A stretch of DNA of 63,620 nucleotides, counting the filler, from Nemertoderma westbladi (taxonomy: Eukaryota; Animalia; Xenacoelomorpha): NCBI GenBank assembly GCA_032718475.1. It is 4 parts of 4 records of this genome, joined end to end, with 100 filler letters (N's around TTAATTAATTAA, not from the genome) between each part and the next. Parts side by side here need not be neighbours in the genome. Positions count along the whole stretch, not along the records: positions 51,110 to 58,188 come from JAUCBJ010004294.1; positions 58,289 to 63,620 come from JAUCBJ010004765.1; 2 more parts are not named here. One strand, written 5' to 3'. Below are positions 51,150 through 63,620 of the stretch, one piece after another. The notes beneath the pieces are model-generated. The model was not told where the DNA came from. It did no database searches and was given only the letters and a program-made list of their open reading frames with translations. The translations under genes were made by a program, and so were the position numbers. Every line of letters starts with the position of its first letter. The stretch's first letter is position 1.

Positions 51150-52050
51150 GGAGGCTAGGATTCAGGCAGGCAAGGATGACATTTGGGGTTACAACGGAAG
51201 AACTATAAGTGTTGTGTCCCAGTATAACTCCTTAGGTTTAACATTCCTATTTAATGGGAGATTTTCATCCGCTCAAAAAATTGTATCACTGAAAGCGGAA
51301 ATGATACTGTTTTCACTATATAATACCTGGCAAACTTCCCGAATATGTCCTTTTTACATTGTCTTTTACTTTTCACCCGGAGCCAGCATTCGAAAGTGTC
51401 CACTTATCGTACATAAAACGACTACTTAGAGGTTAAATGAAGTACGCCTAATTTTGCTAGGTATATTTGGTGAATCAGGTGCACTTCCTCTGTAAATGGG
51501 CGAAAATTCAAGATTATGAAATTTTAGACGAGAATGTAAGTATCTGGTTTTGCTTGACGACTCCTTAGACACTAGTAATAATTCCGTTAGTTGGGTTTCG
51601 TTAGTGACCTACTGAACAGGTCTCAGTTTAGTGTGGGTCTCTCAAAATGTAGGTAACCCAACAGCATTGCTAAAAAGGGCCAAACGAAATTTCGTGATCA
51701 ATTTATTCAAGGTTGGTTGGAAGACACAGCAAATTATCCAAAGGGACGGTATTATTAATATAATACCGTATTTTAATATAATAAACTGCATTTGGGATGG
51801 AGGAATATCTGTCTTCGTTAAGGGATAATAAAATTTTAATGAAAACATTACCCAGGTTTCGTTGGTAGTCCCACCATTTAGAAATCTAAGTTAGACGATG
51901 GGACCCCAAAGTTGTACATAGGGTCAAGGGTTTATGTAAAATGAGCAATATGCATTATGTAGAGAGCGAGTACTAATTTTAGCTAGTATGTCCCGAGTAC
52001 TCAGATACAAGACCGATTCACCTCAGTAACCATTACTACGAAAATCCACC
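51150..52050 (+). mobile_element. Highly degraded non-LTR retrotransposon 3' region
   Basis: Remnant C-terminal Cys motif CKMSN...VESE...LVCPEY near 51935-52010, and YNSLGLTF upstream. Confidence 0.45.
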
Positions 52051-52694
52051 GGAGCATAAATTTAGTACTGGAGTACGGGAGTTTACTCTGGGGAGGAAAG
52101 TTCTGGGGGGACCACACTGGAAATATGTCGTCAGACTTTCTGCGTAATTCCTGGCCTAGCGGCTGGTGAACATTTTTTTTTAGATAAATTTTTCAAGCCG
52201 AAAGCTGCTATGTGACAAAAAGGCATTTTATTATATATGAGAAAGGCTTTTGCTAAATGGGGCAATTTGTTGGGTAGGGTCTGAATAATATAATTCTACA
52301 TTTGCAATTAACTGTCCTAGTTTGACTTACTTTAATTATATAGTTGACATTTTATGTTATTGTTGTTTTTCTTTGCTGGGGTGGCGCATTTATACACTTT
52401 CCTTTTCAAATTGTTTTTTGGCATTCTATTTTATATTTGGTGTAGCTAGCTGCTTTTTGTGCTACAGTACACGTTCGTGGGGCCTTCGTGCAGGACGAGG
52501 CCCAGTTATGAGATGCAAATTAAAATACTGTATCACAAAATCAGTATTTGAGAAATTTAACCACACCGCTAATCAATCAAAGAAAGGGGGACAGTAGGTG
52601 TTCAGCCCTTTTAATCTGCACCCCCCCCCCCCCCCTCCCACCTACCAACCAATACATAACTGCGACATCTACCACCCAAGGGTCGGAAGGGTAG

Positions 52695-53325
52695 CACAAA
52701 CTTATTTCCAATCACACGTTCAATATGAGAAGCCATGTGGTTTATAGGAAATATGGAGAATTCGAGAAAATCGAGAATACGAGAAACTCGATCGAAATAC
52801 CTGCTCATCCCAGTATCCGTCCGTAGTCACCGGACAGCTGCTGTTTATTCCCATAGAACAGTAGAATTCCCGCAGCTTCCGACCCAATTCGACAATGAAT
52901 TCGCCTCACACTTTCGCGTGGCAGAGAACGTAATCCGGTGCGATACACGTCTGCCTGACTTTCAACAATTTCCCCCAGGCGATCCCAGGATCCGGCTGTC
53001 CGGGCCGCCGCTAAACCCAAATCGCAATCCTCGTCGATTCGTCCAGTCGTCGACGTAAGTCGGACTCTTCCCACCGCACTGGCGCACTCCAAGGTGGGTG
53101 GCCTGAGTGAGGCATGAGGAACTTGGCAGTGGCCCGCATTACGATCCGACCGACCGCCGTATTCCCAGTGTAGTAACTATAATCTTACTGACAAGCAAGC
53201 AATTCCGTAGTATTTATTCCTCAGTTAATCGCATCTTGATGCCACTCTGCTGCTCGGGTCCAGATACATCGGACTGTCGGAAGCGTTTCAAACAGTAATG
53301 GAGCGGCATTTGCGGATATTTCCGA
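52695..53325 (-). pseudogene. Degenerate Harbinger/ISL2EU-type DDE transposase
   Basis: Minus-strand remnants KCRSI..CFE, YSYY, TAKFL, KQQLS and HIERVIG occur in the order expected for DDE_Tnp_4 proteins, across frameshifts. Confidence 0.6.
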
Positions 53326-53579
53326 TGGTTTTATAATAAATAAGGGTATTCAATGTTAAAATAAAAGGCTGAATGGATTATTCCAAAGCCCAATAACTGA
53401 ATAACAGTATATAGCTTCTGAGCTTAGGTACAGTTTACAGGTTTAGGTACCATAATCAGCAGTCAGCCTACGATAATTTTGAACTTGTAGTCTCCTAGCA
53501 ACCAGCTGATGCCAAGCCTAATAATTTTTAGGTAGATTAATTTATTATAACTGTAAGACAGTTACACAGATGCTGCACG

Positions 53580-53850
53580 AAGACCCCACGCAATTTCAAC
53601 TTGGAAAATTTCTAAACTTTTGCCAGACTACATATGTTTGGATATATTTTACCAAGTTTGGATATATTTATCGAGATTTGGCTGAGTTATTAACGTTTAA
53701 AATTGGACACAACAGATCGACAGAACGACAGAACAACAGATCGACAGATCAACAGAACAACAGATCGACAGATCAACAGAACAACAGACATACCGATTGA
53801 GTTAGTGGTACCTGTATGCTAAGCTCGCTTACTTTCGTCGCTCGCCCCAC
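53580..53850 (+). repeat. Second copy of the 17930-18117 dispersed repeat, with an internal 24-bp tandem
   Basis: CAACTTGGAAAATTTCTAAACTTT...GCTAAGCTCGCTTACTTTCGTCGCTCGCCCCAC. Confidence 0.7.
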
Positions 53851-55365
53851 AATACATACCAGTGTCCTGATTAGCGGTCATTCAAGGTGCGATTAATTTT
53901 CAACGATATCGTGTGTTGCTATTTGAATATATATTATATATAGGTCTACAGTATCACTAAGAATTTGCAGATTAATTTAGTGTATTGCTATAATGTGCAC
54001 CGACTGATTGAACGCAAAACAGGAGTCATATTTCTTGCAGTTAACACTATAATGGTGAGTGTCCTGAATCGAACTTAAAAAAGATTTTACTTTGTTACAG
54101 CCATTCACAAATGGCTGTATGTTTCTTCACTTTCGTTACAAAAAGAGCAGGAATTATTGCTTAATATTACAATATGCTATAAAACGATCTGTTAGGTAAT
54201 AGAAGAGAGAAATAAGTCCTAAGCCTTTGCAAAGAGCCGAACCATCATTAATGATTCGAATTGGAATTTCAGCTACTGTAAGTTTATGAGCAATTCCATA
54301 GAAATATAAAGGTCCATATTGCCCTGATATAGCTGATATTTGCAAGTCTTATCTTTTAATCGTTTCAAGTTTGGACATAGCCATGGGAGAATTATTAACA
54401 AACTTAGAGGGATATTGTTTCCGAAGCATACTGATTTGGTAACGATGCGAGTTTAGTTGCTCATTTCAGCATCTCGAGTGCTTTGAGATCATCCCTGGTA
54501 TAAGCTGTGTCTTCATAATATACTGTTAGAATATCAGTTTGAATAGTTGTACCAAATTTGTCTTGTCCTAGGAACCGATTTGGGGCAGTTCCAGTTCCAG
54601 TTCCTTGCTGAGATGAGATGATTTCTTTGCAACTACTGTATACTGTATGATGAACACTAACACTGGGAAGATGAAAAACCTTTCCTAAAGGCCCAATTTA
54701 TTCACCAACTTTATGGAATATGGATAGCAGAAGATTCTGAATTGGGATGTTCTGATCAGACCATCCGACCATCGCTATCACTTATGCTTGTAACAAAGTA
54801 AAGCCTGCGGGTAATTTGCAATTTGTTATCTAGCTCACAGGAATTTCTAGAACACATTCCACAAGCCAAACTAGCTACAGTATGCCATCCATAAATATTG
54901 ATATCGATCAACATCCAGTTACACATGCTCTTGGTTAGATTTCGAACAGACATGACGTTTTCACGTTTCTCTACAAGGAGAAAAAGGTTCCTAAAATCAA
55001 ACATGGATGCTTAGCTCTCCTTACCATCTATGACCCACACTTAGCCTGATATATCCTTTCATTGTTGCTGGGCGTTTACTTATACAAAACATTTGGAAGG
55101 AAGTGTTGAAGTGTGATGATGCTCTGATAATTCGGGGTTTATGGTCAAAATGATCTATAATGATCAAAAATATTCTTACAATATTATTTTCCAAAAAATT
55201 GTCTGATTTTAGTAAATTCTACAATGTTTGGCATCAGTGTGCATCGGGAAGACTTACACATCATGTGCTCATTTTTTGAATGTTATTTTATGTTGCCCTT
55301 CCAGAACTTTTGTAAACTACTTCATCTCCAAAATCCAAAATTCGAATTTTTTTCATCCACCTTAC

Positions 55366-55455
55366 CTGGGAATCCAGTGGTTGTGGCTTCAGGTGATGCA
55401 GTGCCTACTGGTGTTGTTGTGGCTCCAGTCGTTGTAGCTGCAGGTATTGTTGTGG
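55366..55455 (-). CDS. Thr-rich linker exon of the fibrinogen-domain gene
   Basis: TTTTAG acceptor and GTAAG donor on the minus strand; STTIPAATTTGATTTPVGTASPEATTTGFP; phase matches the FReD exon donor. Confidence 0.7.
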
Positions 55456-55957
55456 CTAAAAGCAGAAGAAATAATTTACAAATAATTGTAATGGTTATTT
55501 GAATAATCTGTAAAATAAAAATACTGGAAAAGTAAAATGGAGAAAATTAAGAAAATTACACAATTACGCAAATTACAGGCTGTTTTTAGGAATTATTATA
55601 TGTATTATGTTACGATATATGGCGTTGTGTACTAAGACAACCCATCGTACAGTATAGAATAATTAGATAAGTCGTATTGATGTACAGCCGTAATTAGATA
55701 GGGTAAATAAAATACACAAGTTCATTTATATTCAACCGATTTTATACAGTATGTAGCCCTACTTACGTAATTTTTATAATAAACCTTAGTATATTAATTT
55801 GCGGTGGCAAACTTCTATAAAACACGAATATGAATTTGCCGTTTCTTGAAATCATTCGAATTTAATATGTATTTGTGCTAATGTCATTTATATTTCTCTA
55901 TAATTCAATGCTGTTCCGAATTAATACCTAAATTGTGCTTTAATAATCGCCAAATTA

Positions 55958-57099
55958 TGTTAAGGCGGGTTATGTGCTTAAATGATCGCCAAATTAAGTC
56001 CTGCGCACTAGTTGGTCGAAAATCCAGCTGAGAGAACCCTGGATTCGTCTAATCATGTGAGCGGGCTTAGACATTGCGTCATTCTTGCAGTTTAGTAGTA
56101 GCCATCTTTATTCTTGTAATTTTGTACTTCCATTTGATTGTAAAAATTGCTGATTTCTGCTGTAACTGTTACTTGATTTATGACTTTTGAATATGATTAC
56201 TGCTTGAACTGACTCTTGATTGTTTCTTATTCTTAGCAATGTAGTAGATCCTAATCAAAGATTTCCTATTCGACTGTCAGACTGTTTGTCATGCTTGCGC
56301 CAACACGGTAATTACTTGCTTTAGCATGTTGGGCTAAGGGTACCGGTAGGCGTCGCGGGCGCACTGTTGTAAGCTACGGAAGGAGACGTGGAGGATCCAA
56401 TGTGTGGCAACGCTGGCAGGGGCCAGTAGTTGTGGTCGGGCGAATCAAAGTAGGGGACCGGGGACTGGTCGTCATTACGGCTTTTGGGGGCTGGCGAACA
56501 AGATTTCGTCTCAAGTATTGCTTGGCTGTAGCGCTGTTTTAACGGGTTTCGCTAGGGAGACCGCATTTAGCTTGGGTGGCCTTGACCTTTTACATTAGTT
56601 CTACGCTAGCACTAGGAATGCCGCTAATGCTGCTTTATGTTGTGTTGTTTAGAAAGTGCCTGATTCTTGATTGTGATGTTTAGATAGGCGCTATTTTCTT
56701 GATTGTTTATATTTATAAATTTATGCTTGTAAATTGCTGTTAGGTCAAATAATACAGTATTTAGGCTGTTGCTAGTATAACCAAATAGCGTAATTAATTA
56801 GTAGTACGCATTCTGGAATACTTAGTAATTAGTACGCAACTCTGTATATTGGAGACACTGTAATTTATTTTAGCACTTAGAATAAAATTAAGAGTTTGTA
56901 AGCTGCATAGAGGAGAATAGTTTGAGTAAATTACATTTAGAAATACTTTAGGATATTCGATGCTAGGCGGTTATTTGAAAGTAGCGGGTTAGCAGATTTA
57001 CAACGGTAGCTAGAGTAGCGCAGTAGTAAGATCGCTGAAATCAATCAGTGCAAGGCCAAAGTTTCGACATTAAGGTAATTAATATCCCATTTCTTTACA
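55958..57099. mobile_element. Probable solo LTR (third family) in the FReD intron
   Basis: TGT...ACA with flanking AATTA on both sides; ~1.14 kb, non-coding. Confidence 0.5.
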
Positions 57100-57592
57100 A
57101 ATTAAAATATTCTCACATTCGACATTGTTCTGCCCAGCAAACTGCTAGTATTTCTCTGTGGAAAGTGAACGCCGAGTGCTAAGTCACCCGCACTCATATT
57201 AAGTAGTTTAGGAAGCCAAATCAGATTTATTGTTTTGGTTATTTCTGTTTGGCTTATATTTAGAACGATTAGCTTGATGTGTTATAGCTTGATTAAATTT
57301 GTTTCATTTGAAAATACAAACATATCAAAAGGAAGAATCCCCTCTGAGATTTCTTTAACATATTACATTATAATAAAATAGCTTTATACCACCTAATCCT
57401 TATGACAGTATAACTTATAAATGTAATATATAGTTAATTTATTTATCTCTCCACTATTTTAATAGTGACAATGGCAGACTCGCAGACTTCCTGACAGAAT
57501 ATAATATTTAATGACATAATATCTAGTATATACTGTAGTGCAGTAGGTTAATTAATTATTTAATAATTTATTAATATAAATAATTTGCTTAC

Positions 57593-58157
57593 AGAAACTA
57601 GCAGCGAGTATTTTCATTTCCTTGATAATTATAGATCCAGTTTCCGTGAATGAATCCCATATGTATGTCTTCTCTCCATATAATCCGTTAAGGTCTGAAA
57701 AAGAGCAATTTTTGTACCACCATGGCCCCCTATTATGGGGACCCTCATTGTCGCTTTCACTGCAGGCGCCGCCATCCCAATCATCATTATCTACATCCAC
57801 GGTTGAAAACGCTGCGCCATCCAGGTGACTAGATGACCCTGGGTCTCCCACCAACAGATTATCACCAGCATCACCGCTGTATCCAGAGATGCTCAACTTA
57901 TACAAAGGGGCTGGTCCAACAGAGAATGAATCATACTCTGCATATCTGTATATCATGCCATTGCTATCACACATATCTATCCTAAGACGCACTCCTCCAG
58001 AGGTAAGTGTATGGATGTTTTCTAAACCTAGGAAGAAATCAGAGGTAACATCTCCAAATCCTGCAGTATAGTTTTCCCAGTTTCTGTCGAAATCAACTGA
58101 TCCATCAAACCTCCTTTGGATGACGATCCACGGACCTCCCGGTGTTGTTGTGTCATG
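57593..58157 (-). CDS. Fibrinogen C-terminal domain (FReD/ficolin-like) exon
   Basis: GGPWIVIQRRFDGSVDFDRNWENYTAGFG...FFLGLENIH...YSGDAGD...AFSTVDVDND...WWYKNCSFSDLNG; GTAAG donor at 57592. Confidence 0.9.
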
Positions 58158-58288
58158 GTGTTGGAAACCGTTAAGGCTGTTTGAGCCCNNNNNNNNNNNN
58201 NNNNNNNNNNNNNNNNNNNNNNNNNNNNNNNNTTAATTAATTAANNNNNNNNNNNNNNNNNNNNNNNNNNNNNNNNNNNNNNNNNNNN

Positions 58289-58800
58289 AGTCATTAGGTA
58301 TGTTAAATTGCAGCAGCCCGTTAAAGGATATATGCCCTTTATAATTAAACCTACTAGTGTACGACTAAAAGCAGTACAGCACAAAAATACTTCCAAGCCG
58401 TTCTTTCTTTGGCTCAAGACTGAATGTAAACACTGCACATAGGCATTGCGTCATTTCTCGGAAATTTTCTGTACAAGGAGCCACAAAAACGCTCTCATTG
58501 GCTGACTGAACTGAGAGACGCCGTAGAACAAAGGAAATCAACACGTATGAATGTCAGCTGTTAACCGTAGTCATAGTAACTACTGTTCAAGAGTAGCTAT
58601 CACCCTTTTGCGTCACGAATTGCCATAGAATCATAAAAATATGCCTTTCACAGTACACATACGGAGGAAATAGGTCTTAGATCCTCTAAAAACACCGATA
58701 CAGCAATAATACGGTCTCTTACACTTATTAAATCAACTACAGAGTATTTTAAGGTAAAAGATAATAAAAATAACGGGGCAATTCAGCAAAGGCTTTTACA
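58289..58800 (-). mobile_element. Family-B LTR (partial, cut by the gap) adjoining a LINE
   Basis: Aligns with ~33620-34105 and ends GCAAAGGCTTTTACA. Confidence 0.85.
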
Positions 58801-60340
58801 AAAGCCTTGTATTCATCTACTAAAAGTATACTAAAAACTGCATGTATTATTTCTCCAATAGGTGTTAGACAAGGGGCGCCATCTAGCGGCACCTTGTTTT
58901 GTTTATATTTAAATAAGTTAGTTACTATGATATTTGATGCTGTTTCTAGTGATGGTTTCCTTGGAGCAATCCAGGTACTTTTGTTAATGGATGACACTGT
59001 CATCTTATCTACATCACGGCGAACATGTACAAGTAAACTAAATGCACTTTACGATTATTGTAACTATTCTGGAATGGTTATTAACCCAAAAAAAACAAAA
59101 ATTTTTGTAATCAACGGTACTGAGGATGACAAGGACCCATTTGTACTTAGTGATTCATGTTCCGTTTCTCATTGTACAAATTATGTAAATTTAGGTGCAG
59201 TTTTTACAAGTGATGGTAAAATGACCTCATGTTTCAAATCTCAGGAACCCCACTGGGAAGAAACCGCCAACAAATTTGCCATTTTTTGTGCGAAAAACAC
59301 AAGTATGCCGTTCATTCTAAAACGACAAGTATTTGACGCCGGAATATTAGCATCACTTACCTACGCATCCGAATCTTGGCTCACATGCAATACAAAAATA
59401 GTCGAAAAATACTATAACCGTATGGTAAGGACGCTCCTTGTGTTAGACTACGGACTCCGATTGATCTATGTTTAATTGAAGCCGGAATCCAACCTCTTCA
59501 GTCCCGTATTTGTAACTCTCGGAAAAATAATCTATCAAAGATGTTAAAGAACACAGATATAGATATCCCATTTTACCAAGTATACGAGCTCTGTAAATCT
59601 GCAAATACACCGGCCTATAAAATTTTAACTGATAATGACCTATCAGTAGATGGTGATACTTTGAAACCAGTTCGCAGTAAAATTAGATCTAAAGATGAAT
59701 CAAAAACAAAATTCTGGACATATCGCGAAATAATGAACCCCAAGCTCGAACCACACCAGTTGTATAAAAAACGCGACCTATACCTGCCAGATTATATCCG
59801 GATATGTTTCACAAATTTCTATGTTTGAAACTTTTACCTGTTCGTATATTTATAATGAAAGCAACAAAAATTAAATGTATTTTCTCCAAAATATTTGATC
59901 TTGGGATCCTCACATGCACACAAGCAATGCTTTGTATGTGTGGATTACCAGGCGGAGTTGGATTTACAGAAGGGTAGAGTAGTTGTTCCATTATTATTAG
60001 TAGGTACGTTGGGGGGGAGGGGGGGGGGGGGGCTGATATTTGCATGGTGCGGTTTCACTTAGTAGTGTATATTATTTAGCAAATACACGAGCTTTCACGA
60101 GCTCACCAATCAATCAAAAAAAACCCGTATTAGACTAATGTCACACAACCTAAAGATAGAAAAAGGTAGATGGAGCCAAATCCCGACCGAACAGCAGGTG
60201 TGTGAGTGCGACAAAATTTATGTACAAAATGAACCCTATGTTTTACTTTTCTGCCCTTTAACCACAAAATTACGGAATAAATATGAAAATTTGGATTTTG
60301 ATAACGTTAATGTATTATTCTATGGTAATAATAATAATTT
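58801..60340 (+). mobile_element. Non-LTR retrotransposon RT/C-terminus (RTE-X-like), degenerate
   Basis: GVRQGAPSS, LLLMDDTVI, SHNLKIEKGRW, CEC...VLLFCP; interrupted at ~59815-60125 and by the TIR element at 60342, with the tail resuming at ~62407. Confidence 0.8.
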
Positions 60341-60341
60341 A

Positions 60342-62404
60342 CAGTCGGGGTCTCAAAGTGCATCTGTTCTTTGAGAATTTCTCAAAGTATTTCTAAAAGT
60401 GTCTAAAAGTCATTACATTACTCCCAACGGCCGCTTTGAATTCTTGGAGACACTTTTAGTTGGGAATCTCAAAGTGATTTCCTGCTTTTAGGCACTTTGA
60501 ATTCTTTGAGAAATGTCACTTTTAGGTAGTTAGCGGCACTTTGAATTCTTTGAGAAAATAAACTCTGAGGTATTCGTGATTGACAGCTCGTGGTAAGTTA
60601 ACTGAGAGGCAGAGGCATTCTCGGGGAACAATATCATGCGGCGCGGGCAACAAAGTGATACTTGTGGGCTGGCCAGTTATTGACTAGAAGCTATTCCCAT
60701 TAATTTATCACATTTAGATTCCTGAGGTGATTATGGGATGGGTTTTCGGTCGCAAGTACAAATTGAATTTACGGCGCCCTTTGACAAGCATTCTACGCCC
60801 CTACCCCCCCCCACCCACCCTCCCCTTCTATTTGGAAATAAATAAAAGTCTTTCTAAAAAAACATTCTTAAAAATCAAATAATACATGAAACATAATTAG
60901 TGAAACAAGATTAATTCCTGACAAGATTGATTAATTTAATAATAACATAATACAATATAAGATAATAATTAATATAAGAGAATAGAAACTGCACTTGTCC
61001 AGTATGTGTACGCAGTTTCATTATAATGACCTGAAGAAGCCCTGTTGGGAGAAAGCTTGTATTATAATAACTTTTGTCATTCATTTCATTAGTCACCTGA
61101 GGTCAACCCATACTACCTTAACTGTTTAATATGATATAACTACGGTGACGAGAGCGCGAGAATTCCTTAAAAACGAAGAAAGGCTTTCAACTTTCAAGTA
61201 CGATAGAACGGCTACACTCTTGTGTTGTTTTAACTTAATAGAGATATTAAAATATCCCCTGCCCCTGGCGTTTATATTTGAGCATATTTTAACTGTTTGC
61301 CTGATATTCAATTGATGTGTACCGCCTTCTGGCAAAGCGGCACCCAGTTTAAGCTATCAATCAGTGTCAATCAATCGCGAGTAGCGACCCACGGACGGCG
61401 ACCTTCAAACTAACTGGTGCAGAGCCGGAAAGAACGGTCGTTGGCTTGTGGGACCATTTGATTACATAATAGATTTTGGCAGACAGGGCGGTCGCTCTGA
61501 CAATATTCATTGTGCACCAACAATGCCTAAAACATCTATGGGAACAGCCAATTAGTGCGCTCGAATCATTTCTATTTATTCCTGCCTCTATCTTTATTCT
61601 TTACTTTGTTTAACACAATTTACAGTGCGGTAAAGAAGGGCTGGTTGACCATTGAAATGCATTGGTAAAGGAATTCGGCGTTCACATTCCTACTAAGGCC
61701 CTGTGGGCTAAACAAATTTAAACAGTACTATATATTAATATAGATAGGGCACCAGACAAACTGTCTAAGACACAAATACCAACACATTCCGATAGCCCGC
61801 AATTATGGCGTCTCTAAAGAGTCAAAATATAAATTAATAAAACCTCTCTGAAACAATAAAAATACCTACAAAAAATACTGCAGTAATAAATATTAGTTAC
61901 TGCAGTCACATATAATAATTACTGCAGTAACAAATATTTACTACTGCAGTAATAAATATTTATAACTGCAGCAACAAATATTTATTACTGCAGTAATAAA
62001 TATTTATTACTGCAGTAATCAATATTAATAAATTAATAAATAATTGAATAACAATTTCTACTGCGGTAACAAATTATTTGTTACTGCAGAAAATTTTTTT
62101 TATTACTGCAGTAATACTTAATTCTTAATTTCAGTGACAAATATTTATTACTGCAGTATTTTTTGGAGGCATATTTATTGTTTTATAGAGGTTTTTATTA
62201 CTTATATTTTAGCCTTTAGTAGTCAAAGTCAATATACCCCATACCATTGCCAGTTTCAAGCAGGCTGTATGAAATGACTGACAGTACTACTTTGAAATCT
62301 TTAAGGTCACTTTGTCATTTTCTTGGACCACTTTTAGAAATTTGAGACACTTTTAGTTCTTTGAGAAAATCTCAAAGAACAGATGCACTTTGAGACCCCG
62401 ACTG
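60342..62404. mobile_element. Non-autonomous Tc1/mariner-type element
   Basis: TIRs CAGTCGGGGTCTCAAAGTGCATCTGTTCTTTGAG; TA TSD on both sides. Confidence 0.88.
61804..62243. mobile_element. Nested fold-back MITE with ~22-bp ACTGCAGTAATAAATATTTATT repeats
   Basis: Degenerate inverted arms; TATGG...CCATA ends; no clear TSD. Confidence 0.55.
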
Positions 62405-62464
62405 TAGGATCTCTATGTAAATATATATATGAAGTAATACAGGTTTTCGGCGATTAGTACTTAT

Positions 62465-63620
62465 TGTACGCGCTTTTATAGACCTTCAGCAGTTTAACCT
62501 GCCGAAATTTATATGTCTTTATTGATAATCTGCCTTTTGTAAGATGATAAGATTTAATACAAAACAAACCAAAAACATTAGCCGAAGCCAGTCCATGCGC
62601 GTCCAAATGACCCGTTTATAACACCGGGAGACTGGATTCGTGGGCTTAAATTTATTTGCGGTCAAGCCTACTGTATTATTCGATTGATTACTAATATATA
62701 ATCTCTGACAAATATTATTCACTTTCGGGAAATATTAGCAGTTCCTTTTAGGACGTGGCGCTCTACCTATGTAAACAGAGTTATGACTGATACTACACAC
62801 AACGATATGGCTTAAATTTCAAGCATAGGGCGCATTCTTTAGGAATGCTTTATTATCAGATCCAAATCACTTTACAATCACGCACGCTACCGGTAACGCA
62901 CAACACTGCTCACTGATATGCCGACAGTTACTGACTTTGATCAGGTATAAAGAGATACGCACTGGACTCAGGTAGTGTCTGTCAAACAACATTAGATTCA
63001 CTACAAACACAATAATAAAGTCGCAATTGTTGTACATAACCCTTCTCTCTAACCTGTAGTGTATCAAGGATATTGGGAAAATGCGGGTTGATTATTGATA
63101 TTCTTCAACTAATAACATCCAATTATACTGATACAAAATTACAAACAGTAAAAGCAGTATGACGGTAGGTTAAGATACAATTAGATTGCAAGTAATGAGA
63201 TCAATGAATTAAAATGAGTTGATAAATTGAATCGTTAATAGCGAATTGGTCCGTTAATAGCTATGCTTTCTATAATTTTGCCTACTAATGTTCTTACAAA
63301 AAGGCAGAAAACATTTCGCTATTTCAACACGGTCTTAAAACACTGATAATAAAGTCCTAAAATCATAACAAAAGTCCCGTGACGTTAGCTCTCTTATTTT
63401 CCAAGAATCCCGTTCAACACATGTAATCGGCAGTGAGATAGGATAATTTCAGTTCAGTAGCTCGGGATTGGTCGAAATCAGAACTAACTCAACGCAGGGC
63501 TATGGGTAACTGGGGCAACCTTCCCAAGCCGGCTGGCCAATCGAACAGCTCAGATCCCTCCTAAAGGATTCCAACGCCTTGGAGGGGGGAACTGGTTAGC
63601 AAAGAAAACAAATCAGTCAC
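62465..63620 (-). mobile_element. Divergent family-B LTR running off the window
   Basis: The first ~700 bp align with the other copies; the distal (U3) part differs. Confidence 0.8.

Noticed and set aside
54100-55150. Possible minus-strand LINE RT remnant
   Set aside because: Only faint motifs (QG..GPL, WAFRKG); boundaries cannot be supported.

Overview
AT-rich, repeat-dense metazoan (invertebrate-like) genomic window with three 100-nt scaffold gaps. The left 17 kb is a decayed but nearly full-length BEL/Pao LTR retrotransposon (2161-~17005, +) sitting in a GTATA-based satellite. In the env position it carries an extra ORF that reads as a DEDDy (WRN/EXD2/Mut-7-like) 3'-5' exonuclease followed by CCHC zinc knuckles. 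Its LTRs are arrays of RNA hairpins with sarcin-ricin/loop-E-like and kink-turn+UUCG motifs, and the loop-E hairpin recurs inside gag and in the extra ORF. A second BEL/Pao family is present as five ~1.1-1.2 kb LTR copies (all minus strand) plus one gag. The LTR attached to that gag has no tRNA PBS but instead a 12-nt site complementary to its own 5' leader, which looks like self-priming. Host genes: two exons of a p85-type PI3K regulatory subunit (C1+SAM), a large MICAL-like exon (CH-LIM-bMERB) and a fibrinogen-domain gene. The remainder is LINE fragments, MITEs (IS3EU-, hAT-, Tc1/mariner-like), minisatellites and one orphan ORF. All protein and RNA family calls are by eye from motifs; no searches were run.
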